In this document: positions 27,482 to 36,897 of the stretch, in pieces
Numbering within the stretch: the stretch's first letter is position 1
Layout of the letters: each line of letters begins with the position of its first letter
NCBI GenBank assembly: GCA_001189165.1
Contig: LFCO01000001.1
Span: 84,321 to 148,320 of the forward strand
Origin: Parcubacteria bacterium C7867-005
GTDB taxonomy: Bacteria; Patescibacteriota; Minisyncoccia; Phycocordibacterales; Zambryskibacteraceae
Length of the DNA: 64,000 bases
Reading direction: 5' to 3'
Made by a program: the position numbers and the translations under genes
Notes under the pieces: model-generated
Told to the model about the DNA's origin: nothing
The model's input: only the letters and a program-made list of their open reading frames with translations
Database searches by the model: none

Positions 27482-27550
27482 CCCTACAGAGAATCGAACT
27501 CTGATTTGATCCTTGAGAAGGATCCGTCCTAACCGTTAGACGATAGGGCC
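27479..27550 (-). tRNA. tRNA-Glu (anticodon CTC)
   Basis: Minus-strand 72-nt cloverleaf: GGCCCTA / GTCT-AACGGTTA-GGAC / GATCC-TTCTCAA-GGATC / CAGAG-TTCGATT-CTCTG / TAGGGTC-A. The D-arm and acceptor resemble bacterial tRNA-Glu. CCA is not encoded. Confidence 0.85.
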
Positions 27551-27629
27551 ATAAACGTAGAAAGAATAGCCGAAATAAGCCCATTTTTCAACCCCAGCCA
27601 CCACAGTTCCCAGAAGTCCATCAGCCAGC

Positions 27630-27691
27630 CCCGTGTCAACCTGCCAGGTTGACACGGGCATCACCACACGCGAGTGTGGTGATTTTGTTTT
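27630..27691 (+). repeat. tandem hairpins: palindromic element cccGTGTCAACCTGCCAGGTTGACACggg plus terminator atcaccacac-gcgag-tgtggtgat-TTTGTTTT
   Basis: Perfect 12-bp stem at 27630-27658. The core recurs at 40067-40102. The second hairpin at 27660-27683 has a T-tract. Confidence 0.6.
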
Positions 27692-27707
27692 GTGATAGTA
27701 TTTCTAT

Positions 27708-28076
27708 ATGAAAAAGTGTTTGTCTATTTTGATATTTTTACTTGTGCTAATCGTTGGCTGTTTCTTTTTGATTGTCTCGAATGACAACATGGTTTCTGCG
27801 CCAGAAGAAAACGAACTATCAACAACGATTTCCTCGAATGTTAATCCATCCGGTAGAATTATGTTCATCGACGATTACATCAAACAGAATATTTCTGAAC
27901 TTTCTCCGGAGAAAGAAGTGCTCGGAGGCAAATTCTATGTTACAGAGATATCTTCAGGTGATGGTATGGGCACAGTGTCATACGAAGACGGTCATGTTTC
28001 TTATACTGCCGATTTTACCTATCTGACAAATGAGAACACTGGGCACACTGTTACCTCGTTTGTTTTAAGGAAATAG
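27708..28076 (+). CDS. small secreted lipoprotein (hypothetical)
   Basis: Signal peptide with LIVGC lipobox; 122 aa. Confidence 0.45.
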   Translation: MKKCLSILIFLLVLIVGCFFLIVSNDNMVSAPEENELSTTISSNVNPSGRIMFIDDYIKQNISELSPEKEVLGGKFYVTEISSGDGMGTVSYEDGHVSYTADFTYLTNENTGHTVTSFVLRK

Positions 28077-28139
28077 TCTAGTTTTTATTTATATTTGTTG
28101 TATAGTTCTTGTGGACACACCACACTGGTCGGAGGGACC

Positions 28140-28478
28140 ATGTCACGAAAGGGGGCGGTGCATCAGTACTATGTTCGTTCCTTGGATGAACATACGAGTA
28201 AGTCTGTATCGAGGAGTTTTCCCGACGCCGACTTTATCACCGAAGTGGCATGTGCTGGGGGCGAAAGCTTTCCCATGCACATGTGCAGTGAGGAAGTAGT
28301 CAAATTCCTTCGGAGAAGCAACAAGAAGAGCGGTGGTGACTACGGGTTCGAGGTCTATGTGCGTAGACGCCAGGGCGACAAGGTCGTCCACAAGCAGATC
28401 GAACCGGAGGTAAGGCAGAAACGAGCACTCAAGCGACAAGTGCTCAGCAGACTGAGGAGAATCACCGCCAAGAGCTAA
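28140..28478 (+). CDS. hypothetical basic protein (elevated GC)
   Basis: GGAGGG RBS before the ATG at 28140. Arg/Lys-rich C-terminus (RQKRALKRQVLSRLRRITAKS). The ORF track starts at 28095. Confidence 0.35.
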   Translation: MSRKGAVHQYYVRSLDEHTSKSVSRSFPDADFITEVACAGGESFPMHMCSEEVVKFLRRSNKKSGGDYGFEVYVRRRQGDKVVHKQIEPEVRQKRALKRQVLSRLRRITAKS

Positions 28479-28510
28479 TCTTGGCGGTCTTAATTTGATA
28501 CAATATCTAC

Positions 28511-28762
28511 ATGACTTTTGAACAGGCTATACATAAGGTCGTTAAAACTATTCCAAAAGGGAAGGTGTTGACCTATAAACAAGTAGCTCAAAAAGCTGGC
28601 AGACCAATGGCTTTTAGGGCGGTAGGGAACATTTTAAATAAAAACATTGATTCAAAGATTCCTTGCCATAGAGTAATTCGTTCAGATGGTAAGATCGGCG
28701 GGTACAATGGCCTTCAGGGACAGAAGAGAATGCTTTTGGTTGAAGAAGGATATTTGAAATAA
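28511..28762 (+). CDS. methylated-DNA--protein-cysteine methyltransferase, DNA-binding/active-site domain only
   Basis: 83 aa containing the IPCHRVIRSDGKIGGY active-site motif (PCHR). Confidence 0.7.
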   Translation: MTFEQAIHKVVKTIPKGKVLTYKQVAQKAGRPMAFRAVGNILNKNIDSKIPCHRVIRSDGKIGGYNGLQGQKRMLLVEEGYLK

Positions 28763-28765
28763 TTT

Positions 28766-29215
28766 ATGACATTCTCACAGGAAGATTATTTGCATGGTAT
28801 AACTGGTGAATTTCCTACAGAGGTTACTGAATTCAAACAGGAGTACGCAAAGATAAAACCTCCAGTGGACAAGGAGTTTCTGGCTGGCCTATGTGAAGGG
28901 GATGAGGATCTACAAACTGCATTCGAAGACATGATCGAATATTTCTATAGATATACAAGAGATGTCTGTACCCAAGAGAGTTTAAAGCATGCCGGGATTC
29001 AAGATAACCTTGAAGAGATACAAGCCATGGAAGTACCTAGAAGAGTGCTACACAATGCGATGATTGAATCAGTAAAAATTTTCGTCAGGAATTTAAGAAA
29101 AAAAGGTAAAGATGTGTCATGGGCCACAGATATTGACAAAAGGGGTAGAGCGGGTTATGCTCAATTAGCTCTTTTGACCACCTTCCGGGATATAATGAAG
29201 GCAAACCCCAACTAA
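28766..29215 (+). CDS. hypothetical protein
   Basis: 149-aa ORF with no recognised motif, tightly linked to the next ORF. Confidence 0.35.
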   Translation: MTFSQEDYLHGITGEFPTEVTEFKQEYAKIKPPVDKEFLAGLCEGDEDLQTAFEDMIEYFYRYTRDVCTQESLKHAGIQDNLEEIQAMEVPRRVLHNAMIESVKIFVRNLRKKGKDVSWATDIDKRGRAGYAQLALLTTFRDIMKANPN

Positions 29216-29216
29216 T

Positions 29217-29429
29217 ATGGGAGGACCTGAACAGATGCCACAAGATCGGTTTTCCCTTATCTTGCGTTATGCAAGTTTGGCGGCTCTCGAGATGACCGAA
29301 AAGGATCCTGCCAGGCTTGCAGAAATCGCCGATGACAAAAAGGTGATTGCAGACGGCTTGGGCATGGATGGTTCAGCTATCATCATGGAAGCGAGTAAGC
29401 TTGTCGCGGGTGGCAACGGTTCGCACTAA
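29217..29429 (+). CDS. hypothetical small protein
   Basis: 70-aa ORF starting 2 nt after the previous stop. Confidence 0.3.
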   Translation: MGGPEQMPQDRFSLILRYASLAALEMTEKDPARLAEIADDKKVIADGLGMDGSAIIMEASKLVAGGNGSH

Positions 29430-29473
29430 CAATCTCCCTTCTGGGAGATTTCTTTTGTTATACTATTCTGTAT

Positions 29474-32218
29474 ATGCAAAGTGAGAGGGGATCATTTAAT
29501 AATCCACACGAAGAGATCGAATACCTACGATCCAAAGTTCTAGAACAAGAACGTCGTTTTGATCGACTGGGTCAAAGTAAAGAAAGGGATGCAGTCATCA
29601 GAGAATTTATTCAGAATTTCCATAGAGAAGAATCGAAAAGCCTTTCTCAAACCACAGAAAGAGAATCAGAGCTTCACGCAGGGGATTTGCTCAAGAAAAA
29701 CGAGGATAAACAGCTCCATGAGATGATGCATATCACGGAGACTAAGGGTGTCTTGCATGCTTTGACCGTAGTAGAAAAGATGAACGGCTGGTGCTTAGAG
29801 GATGATTTCCATGATTTTCTCGTGGGTTTGGTCAGAGAGGGCTTACCACCAAAAGGTGTCAAAGAAAAAGGCCCTCTTTATCGCGCGTTAAACATGACTC
29901 TTTTTGAGGTGGTGTTACCAGATAATTCGATTGGTACAGATCAAGCAAACCAAAACAAAGATTTAAAAACACTTATTTCTAGTATGGAACAGTTTTATGC
30001 CGGGATGCTCTCTGTCTCTGAAAAGGAGACTATGGGTAAAAACTATTTTGTATTAGAGATGGCGAACAGCAACGGTAGTGAAGAATTTATTTTTTATGCA
30101 TCTGTGCCCACAGAGAAAAAGATGTTATTCGAGAAACAGCTTTTATCTATTTTCCCCACAGCGCGTTTGATAGAGAGGCAAAAGGACTATAATATTTTCT
30201 CTGACGAGAGCTACTCGCTTGCTTCTGTGGCTGAGTTGTCCGCATCATCCGCTTTGCCGCTCAAAACATATGAATCATTTGACCACGATCCGCTTAATAC
30301 TATCCTGAACAGTTTCTCGAAGATTCCTAAGGATGGATCAGGCGCAGCAATACAGATAATCTTTAATCCAAAAGGGGATCAATATATAAAAAAATATCAA
30401 TATATTCAGAAACAGATAGAAAAAGGAGTGAAGCCCAAGGACGCATTGACCGAGAGGTCTATATTCGGGGACGTGATACACACACTTGGAGATCTGTTTG
30501 CTCCATCCAAAAAGAAAAAAGAAGAGGATAAAGTTAATCCAAACAACACAGAAGTGATAGATCGGATTAAAACAAAACTCCTCGCACCGACCGTATCAAC
30601 AAATATTCGTATAGCTGTTTCCAGTAACACTAAACCAGAAGCGGAGAGGATCCTCTCAGATATTGAATCAAGCTTCAATCAATTTGAAGTACCTGGAGTG
30701 AACAAAATCAAATTCAATAGAGTGAAGCCCAAAGCCTTTGCAAACTTCTTTAGAAATTTCTCATTTAGACTCTTTGCAAGCGAAGAAATTTTACCCTTGA
30801 ACCTCAAGGAGCTGACATCTGTATTTCACTTTCATACGACCGCCCTGCAGGGCAGAAGTGAGCTCAAACAGGTCAAGGCGGTTGGGGCACCAGCACCTAT
30901 CGGTCTGCCTACGTCGGGTACACTCCTCGGTATAAATCGTTTTAGTAATACAGAGACGAAGGTCTATATGACTCCAGAAGACCGTTTAAGGCACTTCTAC
31001 ACTATCGGACAGACAGGCACAGGTAAGTCGACGTTGTTAAAGAATATGATCATTCAGGACATCTTACGCGGAGACGGAGTTTGTATGATCGACCCACATG
31101 GAGTGGATATTGTCGATGTACTTGCAAATATCCCCAAGGAGAGGATGGATGATGTTGTTTATTTTGATCCAGCTTCAGTCGAGCGACCCATGGCACTCAA
31201 CATGCTTGAATACGATCGATCTAAGCCTGAACAGAAAACATTTGTGGTGAATGAACTCTTTAGTATTTTCCAAAAACTTTATGGTGCCGTACCTGAATCT
31301 CTTGGACCAATGTTCGAACAATACTTCAGAAATGCAACGATGCTGGTGATCGAAGATCCGTCATCCGGTTCAACTTTACTCGATGTATCAAGGGTGATGG
31401 TAAACAAAGAGTTTAGGCAGATGAAAATATCCAAATGCCAGAACCCAGTTGTAGTACAGTTCTGGAAAGATATCGCTGAAAAGGCAGGTGGTGAGGGTTC
31501 TCTGGCAAACATCGTACCCTACATCACTTCCAAGTTCGATGTGTTCTTGGCAAACGACATCATGCGTCCGATCATCGCCCAAGAAAAATCCTCTTTTGAT
31601 TTTAGAGACATCATGGATAACAAGAAAATCCTCCTGGTGAACCTGTCAAAAGGCAGGTTGGGAGAGCTCAATGCTAATCTGATTGGACTTATCCTCGTAG
31701 GTAAAATACTGATGGCCGCGCTTTCTCGTGCAGATTCGATGAATACAAATCTACCTCCGTTTTATTTGTACATAGATGAGTTCCAAAATGTCACCACGAA
31801 CTCTATCGCCACGATTCTCTCTGAGGCGCGCAAATATAAACTTTCACTCACCATGGCTCACCAATTCATCGCTCAGCTCGAAGAAGAAATCAAAGATGCA
31901 GTATTTGGAAACGTAGGGAGCATCGCATCATTCCGAGTTGGTGCAGATGATTCTGAATATTTGGAAAAACAATTCGCACCAACATTTGGAGCCAAGGATT
32001 TAAGGGATATAGACAATCGGAATGCTTATTTGAAAATGTTGGTTGACGGTCGCCCTACAAAACCATTTAGTATAGAGACCATCGCTACACCAGAAGGCAA
32101 TAGAGAACAGGTAGAATTATTGAAAAAGATTTCATTTGAAAAATACGGAGGAGATAGGGGGGTGATCGAAAAGGGGATAATGGATAGATACATAAAGCCT
32201 GCCCAACCTGCTGTATAG
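29474..32218 (+). CDS. large P-loop ATPase of the VirD4/TraD/TraG coupling-protein-like (DUF87) family with a ~480-aa N-terminal domain of unknown function and no TM segments
   Basis: Walker A GQTGTGKST, Walker B FYLYIDEFQN and a C-terminal LTMAHQ region resembling the TraD/TraG C-terminal domain. 914 aa. Confidence 0.55.
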   Translation: MQSERGSFNNPHEEIEYLRSKVLEQERRFDRLGQSKERDAVIREFIQNFHREESKSLSQTTERESELHAGDLLKKNEDKQLHEMMHITETKGVLHALTVVEKMNGWCLEDDFHDFLVGLVREGLPPKGVKEKGPLYRALNMTLFEVVLPDNSIGTDQANQNKDLKTLISSMEQFYAGMLSVSEKETMGKNYFVLEMANSNGSEEFIFYASVPTEKKMLFEKQLLSIFPTARLIERQKDYNIFSDESYSLASVAELSASSALPLKTYESFDHDPLNTILNSFSKIPKDGSGAAIQIIFNPKGDQYIKKYQYIQKQIEKGVKPKDALTERSIFGDVIHTLGDLFAPSKKKKEEDKVNPNNTEVIDRIKTKLLAPTVSTNIRIAVSSNTKPEAERILSDIESSFNQFEVPGVNKIKFNRVKPKAFANFFRNFSFRLFASEEILPLNLKELTSVFHFHTTALQGRSELKQVKAVGAPAPIGLPTSGTLLGINRFSNTETKVYMTPEDRLRHFYTIGQTGTGKSTLLKNMIIQDILRGDGVCMIDPHGVDIVDVLANIPKERMDDVVYFDPASVERPMALNMLEYDRSKPEQKTFVVNELFSIFQKLYGAVPESLGPMFEQYFRNATMLVIEDPSSGSTLLDVSRVMVNKEFRQMKISKCQNPVVVQFWKDIAEKAGGEGSLANIVPYITSKFDVFLANDIMRPIIAQEKSSFDFRDIMDNKKILLVNLSKGRLGELNANLIGLILVGKILMAALSRADSMNTNLPPFYLYIDEFQNVTTNSIATILSEARKYKLSLTMAHQFIAQLEEEIKDAVFGNVGSIASFRVGADDSEYLEKQFAPTFGAKDLRDIDNRNAYLKMLVDGRPTKPFSIETIATPEGNREQVELLKKISFEKYGGDRGVIEKGIMDRYIKPAQPAV

Positions 32219-32263
32219 AATAGAGACAATGATGGCCCCTCGCTTACGCTCGGGGCCACTGCA

Positions 32264-32659
32264 CTAGTCATCGTCTCCATCATCTGGATCCCAATGATCA
32301 AGAATTCCGCGCTCCCGGAGGGGAGATGAGATCATCGGTTGTACCTGAGCTGGCTCGGTGGGGGTAAAATTCTTGGCGTTTTTGCGCTCGAACAGTACCT
32401 CGCCGGTTGCTCCCTTTACAGCCAAACGATACTCTGGCGGAACCTCATTTTCTTGGATCACGCCGTTGAGGATGCCGTCGAAGTTGATGGAAGAGGGCTT
32501 CTTACTCCTCACTTCTTTGATTCTTTCCTCGACCAGATCAGCAAGCCTGTTGGCAAGGTGATCCATTTCATCCCTAGAAAGCTCCACGGTAGCTCTCCTG
32601 GTGGGTGATGGGGTGTACTTCTGGTTCCTAATGCTATCATAAAATAACACAAAAGTCAA
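32264..32659 (-). CDS. hypothetical protein with acidic C-terminus (elevated GC)
   Basis: 131 aa ending DHWDPDDGDDD. Convergent with the ATPase; a shared hairpin ggcccctcgcttacgctcggggcc lies at 32228-32251. Confidence 0.35.
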   Translation of the reverse strand: MTFVLFYDSIRNQKYTPSPTRRATVELSRDEMDHLANRLADLVEERIKEVRSKKPSSINFDGILNGVIQENEVPPEYRLAVKGATGEVLFERKNAKNFTPTEPAQVQPMISSPLRERGILDHWDPDDGDDD

Positions 32660-32698
32660 GCTTCATTTGGCTTTGTGGATAACTAAAAAAGTTTAAAA

Positions 32699-33151
32699 CT
32701 AGGAGAAAAGGGATTCTATGGCAACTTTCACGTCTCCACTGTCCGCTTTGCCCTTGAGATCTTTCATCACCGAACCCATGAACTGACCCATTTTGGATTT
32801 ATCTGTAGCACCTAGTTCTACTTGTTTGGCCTTAACGAAGGTGAGTATCTCTTCTTTGGACATTTGTGCAGGCAGGAGAGTCTCCAATATGGCGAGCTCT
32901 GCCTCCTCAGCATCAGCGAGGTCAGCGCGCCCACCCTTCTCGAATTGACCGATAGAGTCTTTTCTTTGTTTTACCCCCCTGCGGATGAGGTCGAGCGCCT
33001 CTTCATCTGGTAGTGGATCAGTGGGCTTGCGCTTCTTGGCCACGAGTTCGTTAGTAAAGGCTGTGATAAGACCACGGAGGACGTTTAATCTAACCACATC
33101 CTTGTCTCTCATGGCTTGTTTTATCTGCTCATGTATGTCGGTTTGTATCAT
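32699..33151 (-). CDS. GatB/YqeY-domain protein
   Basis: MIQTDIHEQIKQAMRDKDVVRLNVLRGL is the canonical YqeY N-terminus. Confidence 0.8.
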   Translation of the reverse strand: MIQTDIHEQIKQAMRDKDVVRLNVLRGLITAFTNELVAKKRKPTDPLPDEEALDLIRRGVKQRKDSIGQFEKGGRADLADAEEAELAILETLLPAQMSKEEILTFVKAKQVELGATDKSKMGQFMGSVMKDLKGKADSGDVKVAIESLFS

Positions 33152-33189
33152 AAATTCATAATAACATAGGATTTTGGTACAATGGGTTT

Positions 33190-34272
33190 ATGGAGGGACT
33201 TCCAATCATCATTATCCTCAGCATTATTATATTTCTCGTATTAAACGCGGGTGCGCTTTATTTTGTCTATAAGAAATTTTCATCAGGAATAAACAAATCA
33301 GAAGATTCAAAAGGTTTTGATCTACTACTCCAACAGATGAATGAACTCTCCAGGGTTGTGGATTATAAAATGGGGGAGACGAACAAGATGATGAATGAGT
33401 CAGTGCGTACTCAGTTTGGTGAATCGGCCAAGTTGATTCGAGAAGTGACCGAAGGTTTAACCAAGCTTGATGAGACAAACCGTCAGGTGGTTTCTTTTGC
33501 AGATCAGCTTCAATCCCTAGAAGACATTTTAAAGAACCCAAAACAGAGAGGGATACTCGGTGAATATTATCTAGAGACGCTTTTGAAGAACTGTATGCCC
33601 CCAGGGAGCTACCAGATGCAATATGAGTTAGGGATGAATGATGACGGCGCACGTCTGATCCCAGATGCGGTTGTGTTCGTGAAGGATAAAATCATCCCCA
33701 TAGATTCCAAGTTTTCACTAGAGAACTATAATCGCCTTGTAGAAGAAAAAGATCCGGTGCAGAAAGAAAGATTAGAAAAATTATTTGTTAGTGATTTGAA
33801 AAACAGGATTACTGAGACTTCAAAATATATACAACCGAGCAAGGGGACGATGGATTTTGCTTTCATGTTTATTCCCCATGAGGCGATCTACTATGACCTG
33901 ATTGTAAACAAGATAGGCGCCCTGCAAGAGGAGACAGAGAGTTTGGTGCAACGCGCTGCTTCAAAGTACAAAGTGATCATAGTTTCTCCTACATCTTTCC
34001 TCGCGTATCTTCAAACAGTTTTGCAGGGATTGAAAGCACTTCAGATAGAAGAAAAGGCTCAAGAGATTGTCAAAAGGGTAGAGGATCTCGGCAGGCATTT
34101 GAAAACATATGAAGAGTATTACACCAAACTAGGTAACACATTGGGTACCGCTGTTAACCACTATAACGGCGCAGGCAAGGAGCTCCTCAAGATAGACAAA
34201 GATGTCCTAAGGATAACGGGCACGGGGGTAGGCCTGGAGACAGTTACTGTAGAGAAACCCGCCCTGGAATAG
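33190..34272 (+). CDS. rmuC: DNA recombination protein RmuC
   Basis: N-terminal TM, long coiled coil and C-terminal DAVVFVKDKIIPIDSKF nuclease-like region. Confidence 0.6.
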   Translation: MEGLPIIIILSIIIFLVLNAGALYFVYKKFSSGINKSEDSKGFDLLLQQMNELSRVVDYKMGETNKMMNESVRTQFGESAKLIREVTEGLTKLDETNRQVVSFADQLQSLEDILKNPKQRGILGEYYLETLLKNCMPPGSYQMQYELGMNDDGARLIPDAVVFVKDKIIPIDSKFSLENYNRLVEEKDPVQKERLEKLFVSDLKNRITETSKYIQPSKGTMDFAFMFIPHEAIYYDLIVNKIGALQEETESLVQRAASKYKVIIVSPTSFLAYLQTVLQGLKALQIEEKAQEIVKRVEDLGRHLKTYEEYYTKLGNTLGTAVNHYNGAGKELLKIDKDVLRITGTGVGLETVTVEKPALE

Positions 34273-34332
34273 CCTTTTTGGCCCCAAAATGCCTCTTGGC
34301 GGTTGCTTTTTAGGGCTTTATATGTAGAATAG

Positions 34333-34761
34333 GTGTCCTATATGGCAGAAGCAAAAACAGTCAAAACCAAAGCAAAGAAGGCTACCACTGTAGCTGAAAA
34401 GGCTCCTAAAACCCCTAGAGCACCTAAGGCAGAGAAGACAGGCGAATTTGCTATCTTTGCTACTGGGGGCAAGCAATACAGAGTTTCTCCTGGGGACTCT
34501 TTAAAGATCGAGAAGATCATCGGTGAACACAAAGAAGGGGATAAGATTGTCTTCGACAAGGTTCTCCTCGTCGGTGATGGATCAACCGAGGCCACTATCG
34601 GTACCCCATATATCTCTGGTGCCAAGGTCAACACTACTTTGAAGAAGATCGGCAGGTACAAAACTATCGACGTGATCAAATACAAACAGAAATCCAGATA
34701 TTTCAAGAAAAACGGCCATCGCCAGCCATACTTCGAAGTCACAATCGACTCAATAAAATAA
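34333..34761 (+). CDS. rplU: 50S ribosomal protein L21 with a Lys/Ala-rich N-terminal extension
   Basis: FAIFATGGKQYRVSPGD..KVLLVGDG..KIGRYKTIDVIKYKQKSRYFKKNGHRQPYFEV. Confidence 0.85.
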   Translation: MSYMAEAKTVKTKAKKATTVAEKAPKTPRAPKAEKTGEFAIFATGGKQYRVSPGDSLKIEKIIGEHKEGDKIVFDKVLLVGDGSTEATIGTPYISGAKVNTTLKKIGRYKTIDVIKYKQKSRYFKKNGHRQPYFEVTIDSIK

Positions 34762-34768
34762 ATAAAAT

Positions 34769-34793
34769 TCCCCGAAAGGGGAGTTTTATTTTG
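34769..34793. terminator. bidirectional rho-independent terminator between rplU and recR
   Basis: tcccc-gaaa-gggga hairpin followed by gttttattttg. Confidence 0.6.
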
Positions 34794-35391
34794 TTCTGTG
34801 CAAGAATGCGCTTTTGAGGGTTTCTGGGTCAGCGTATTCGAGCTCTGCGCCGGTGGAGAGGCCACGGCCCAGCTCTGAGATGACATAAGTAGAACCTTTG
34901 TACTTGTCCCGTATAAAATCTGCGGTGTTTTCTCCTTCTGAATTTGCATTCATGGCGAGTATCACTTCCTTCAAGTTTTTCTCATGCTTTTTGATGATTT
35001 TCTCTAACTCATGTAGTCTGATTTTTTTCTCCGGCTCCTTTTCGAGGATGGGGAGTGAGCCACCGAGTACGAAGTATAGGCCTTTGTAACTTCCGCTCCT
35101 CTCTACGGCCTCGAGGTCAATGTCTCTCGGCACAACCATGAGCATTGAAGTATCCCTCTCTGTGTTTGAGCAGATAGAACAGAGCGAATGACTCGAACCA
35201 TTTTTAGGGAAGAATCGTAGACATTCTGCACATTGAGTTATTTCTTTTTTCAAACTCTCCACAGCTCTGATAAGGTCGCTAACAAAGTTTCCGTTTCTAG
35301 ACAAAATATAATAGACAAAGCGTTTGGCTTGCCTTGGTCCGATGCCAGGAAACTTGGCAAATATTTCAGTCAGTTTATCTATTGAATTCAT
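34786..35391 (-). CDS. recR: recombination protein RecR
   Basis: HhH KFPGIGPRQAKRFVYYIL, C4 zinc finger CxxC..CxxC, Toprim domain. Confidence 0.85.
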   Translation of the reverse strand: MNSIDKLTEIFAKFPGIGPRQAKRFVYYILSRNGNFVSDLIRAVESLKKEITQCAECLRFFPKNGSSHSLCSICSNTERDTSMLMVVPRDIDLEAVERSGSYKGLYFVLGGSLPILEKEPEKKIRLHELEKIIKKHEKNLKEVILAMNANSEGENTADFIRDKYKGSTYVISELGRGLSTGAELEYADPETLKSAFLHRTK

Positions 35392-36815
35392 TAAAAGTTT
35401 TTGAAATCTTCGTCTGCCTTGCCGTAGTTTGAGTAGTCTATTTCTACGAACATACCCTTGCGAGCATGGAAGTCCAGATTCACTTCGCCCAGTGGCCCAT
35501 TTCTGTGCTTAGCTATGATAATTTGTTTTCTCTGTACCTCTTTAGTTTTTCCCGATTCGTCTCTTATATCATCATTCTCTGCGTGGATGAACATCACCAA
35601 GTCAGCATCTTGTTCGATAGAGCCCGAATCACGCAAATCAGATAGCTTTGGCTTGCCTCCACGGGTTTCCACTGCGCGGGAGAGCTGTGAGAGGGCGATA
35701 ACAGGTATATCAAGCTCGCGCGCAAGGTGTTTGAGCGATCTAGATATCTCGGTGACCTGCTGAACCATAGAATCAGACTGCTTGGTCGTAGTTGGGGCCA
35801 TGAGCTGTAGATAGTCTACGATTAAGAGCTTTAGACCTCTTTCAATCTTTAGTTTTCTAGCAGCAGAGCGCATTTTCAAAATAGTGTTACCAGCTTGGTC
35901 GTCTATATAGATAGGCGTCCGAGAAAGATCATCGAGTGCATCACGGATGTTTTTGAACACATCGTCTCTCCACGAACCTGTTTGCGTTCTCACGCCCTTT
36001 CTGATCACCGATTGATCTGTGCTTGACTGTGCAGAGACAATACGATCAACCAACTGATCAGCACTCATCTCGAGTGAGAATATACCTACTGGGTTACCGT
36101 ATTCACTCGCAGTCCTGCGAGCGATGTCGAGCGCGAGTGCGGTTTTTCCTACAGAAGGACGTGCTGCAAGGATGATAAGGTCAGATCTCTGGAAGCCGCC
36201 GAGTATATCATCAAGGGATTTGAAACCAGTATTCACACCACGGAGTTCATGGTCAGCGCTTGAGAGTTTTTCGAACCTATCATATGCATCCATCAAAAGT
36301 GGTTTGAGGTCTTTGAATTTGCCGCCACCGGAGAAATGTTGAGTGATATCAAAAACTTTTTTCTCTGCATGATCGAGTATTTCTTCAAGCTCTCCAGCCT
36401 CGTTGAATCCAAGATGTGAGATAAATTCTGAAGCTTCAATCAGTTCGCGCATCATGAATTTTTTCATCACTATCTCTGCATAGTGTTTGACGTTCGCAGA
36501 CGAAGGTACCATGGAGGTGAGTTCAGTGAGGAAGCTCGTACCGCCAATGCGTTCGAGTATGTCTTTCTCTTTTAAGCGAGAGGAGAGGGAGAGGAAGTCT
36601 ATGGGTTGGTGTTTGCTAAAAAGTTCGAGCATGTTCTCAAACACTAGCCGATTCTTCTCAAAATAAAATGACATCGGACTGACTATGTCCATCACTTCAT
36701 AAATCGAATCTGGACGGAGCATGATAGATCCAAGAAGAGCCATCTCTGCTTCTAGAGATTGTGGGGGAATGCGGAGCTTTAATTTGTCTATATTGGAGAT
36801 AGAGTTGTACGCCAT
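35391..36815 (-). CDS. dnaB: replicative DNA helicase DnaB (no intein)
   Basis: N-terminal domain plus RPSVGKTALALD Walker A and RecA-like C-terminal domain; 474 aa. Confidence 0.9.
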   Translation of the reverse strand: MAYNSISNIDKLKLRIPPQSLEAEMALLGSIMLRPDSIYEVMDIVSPMSFYFEKNRLVFENMLELFSKHQPIDFLSLSSRLKEKDILERIGGTSFLTELTSMVPSSANVKHYAEIVMKKFMMRELIEASEFISHLGFNEAGELEEILDHAEKKVFDITQHFSGGGKFKDLKPLLMDAYDRFEKLSSADHELRGVNTGFKSLDDILGGFQRSDLIILAARPSVGKTALALDIARRTASEYGNPVGIFSLEMSADQLVDRIVSAQSSTDQSVIRKGVRTQTGSWRDDVFKNIRDALDDLSRTPIYIDDQAGNTILKMRSAARKLKIERGLKLLIVDYLQLMAPTTTKQSDSMVQQVTEISRSLKHLARELDIPVIALSQLSRAVETRGGKPKLSDLRDSGSIEQDADLVMFIHAENDDIRDESGKTKEVQRKQIIIAKHRNGPLGEVNLDFHARKGMFVEIDYSNYGKADEDFKNF

Positions 36816-36897
36816 ACCTGTATGCTAGCAACTAGGTACAAAGACACGCAAGGCAATAACGGTTTACAAGTCCTGCATAAGTTGTGGACTAGAAAAT

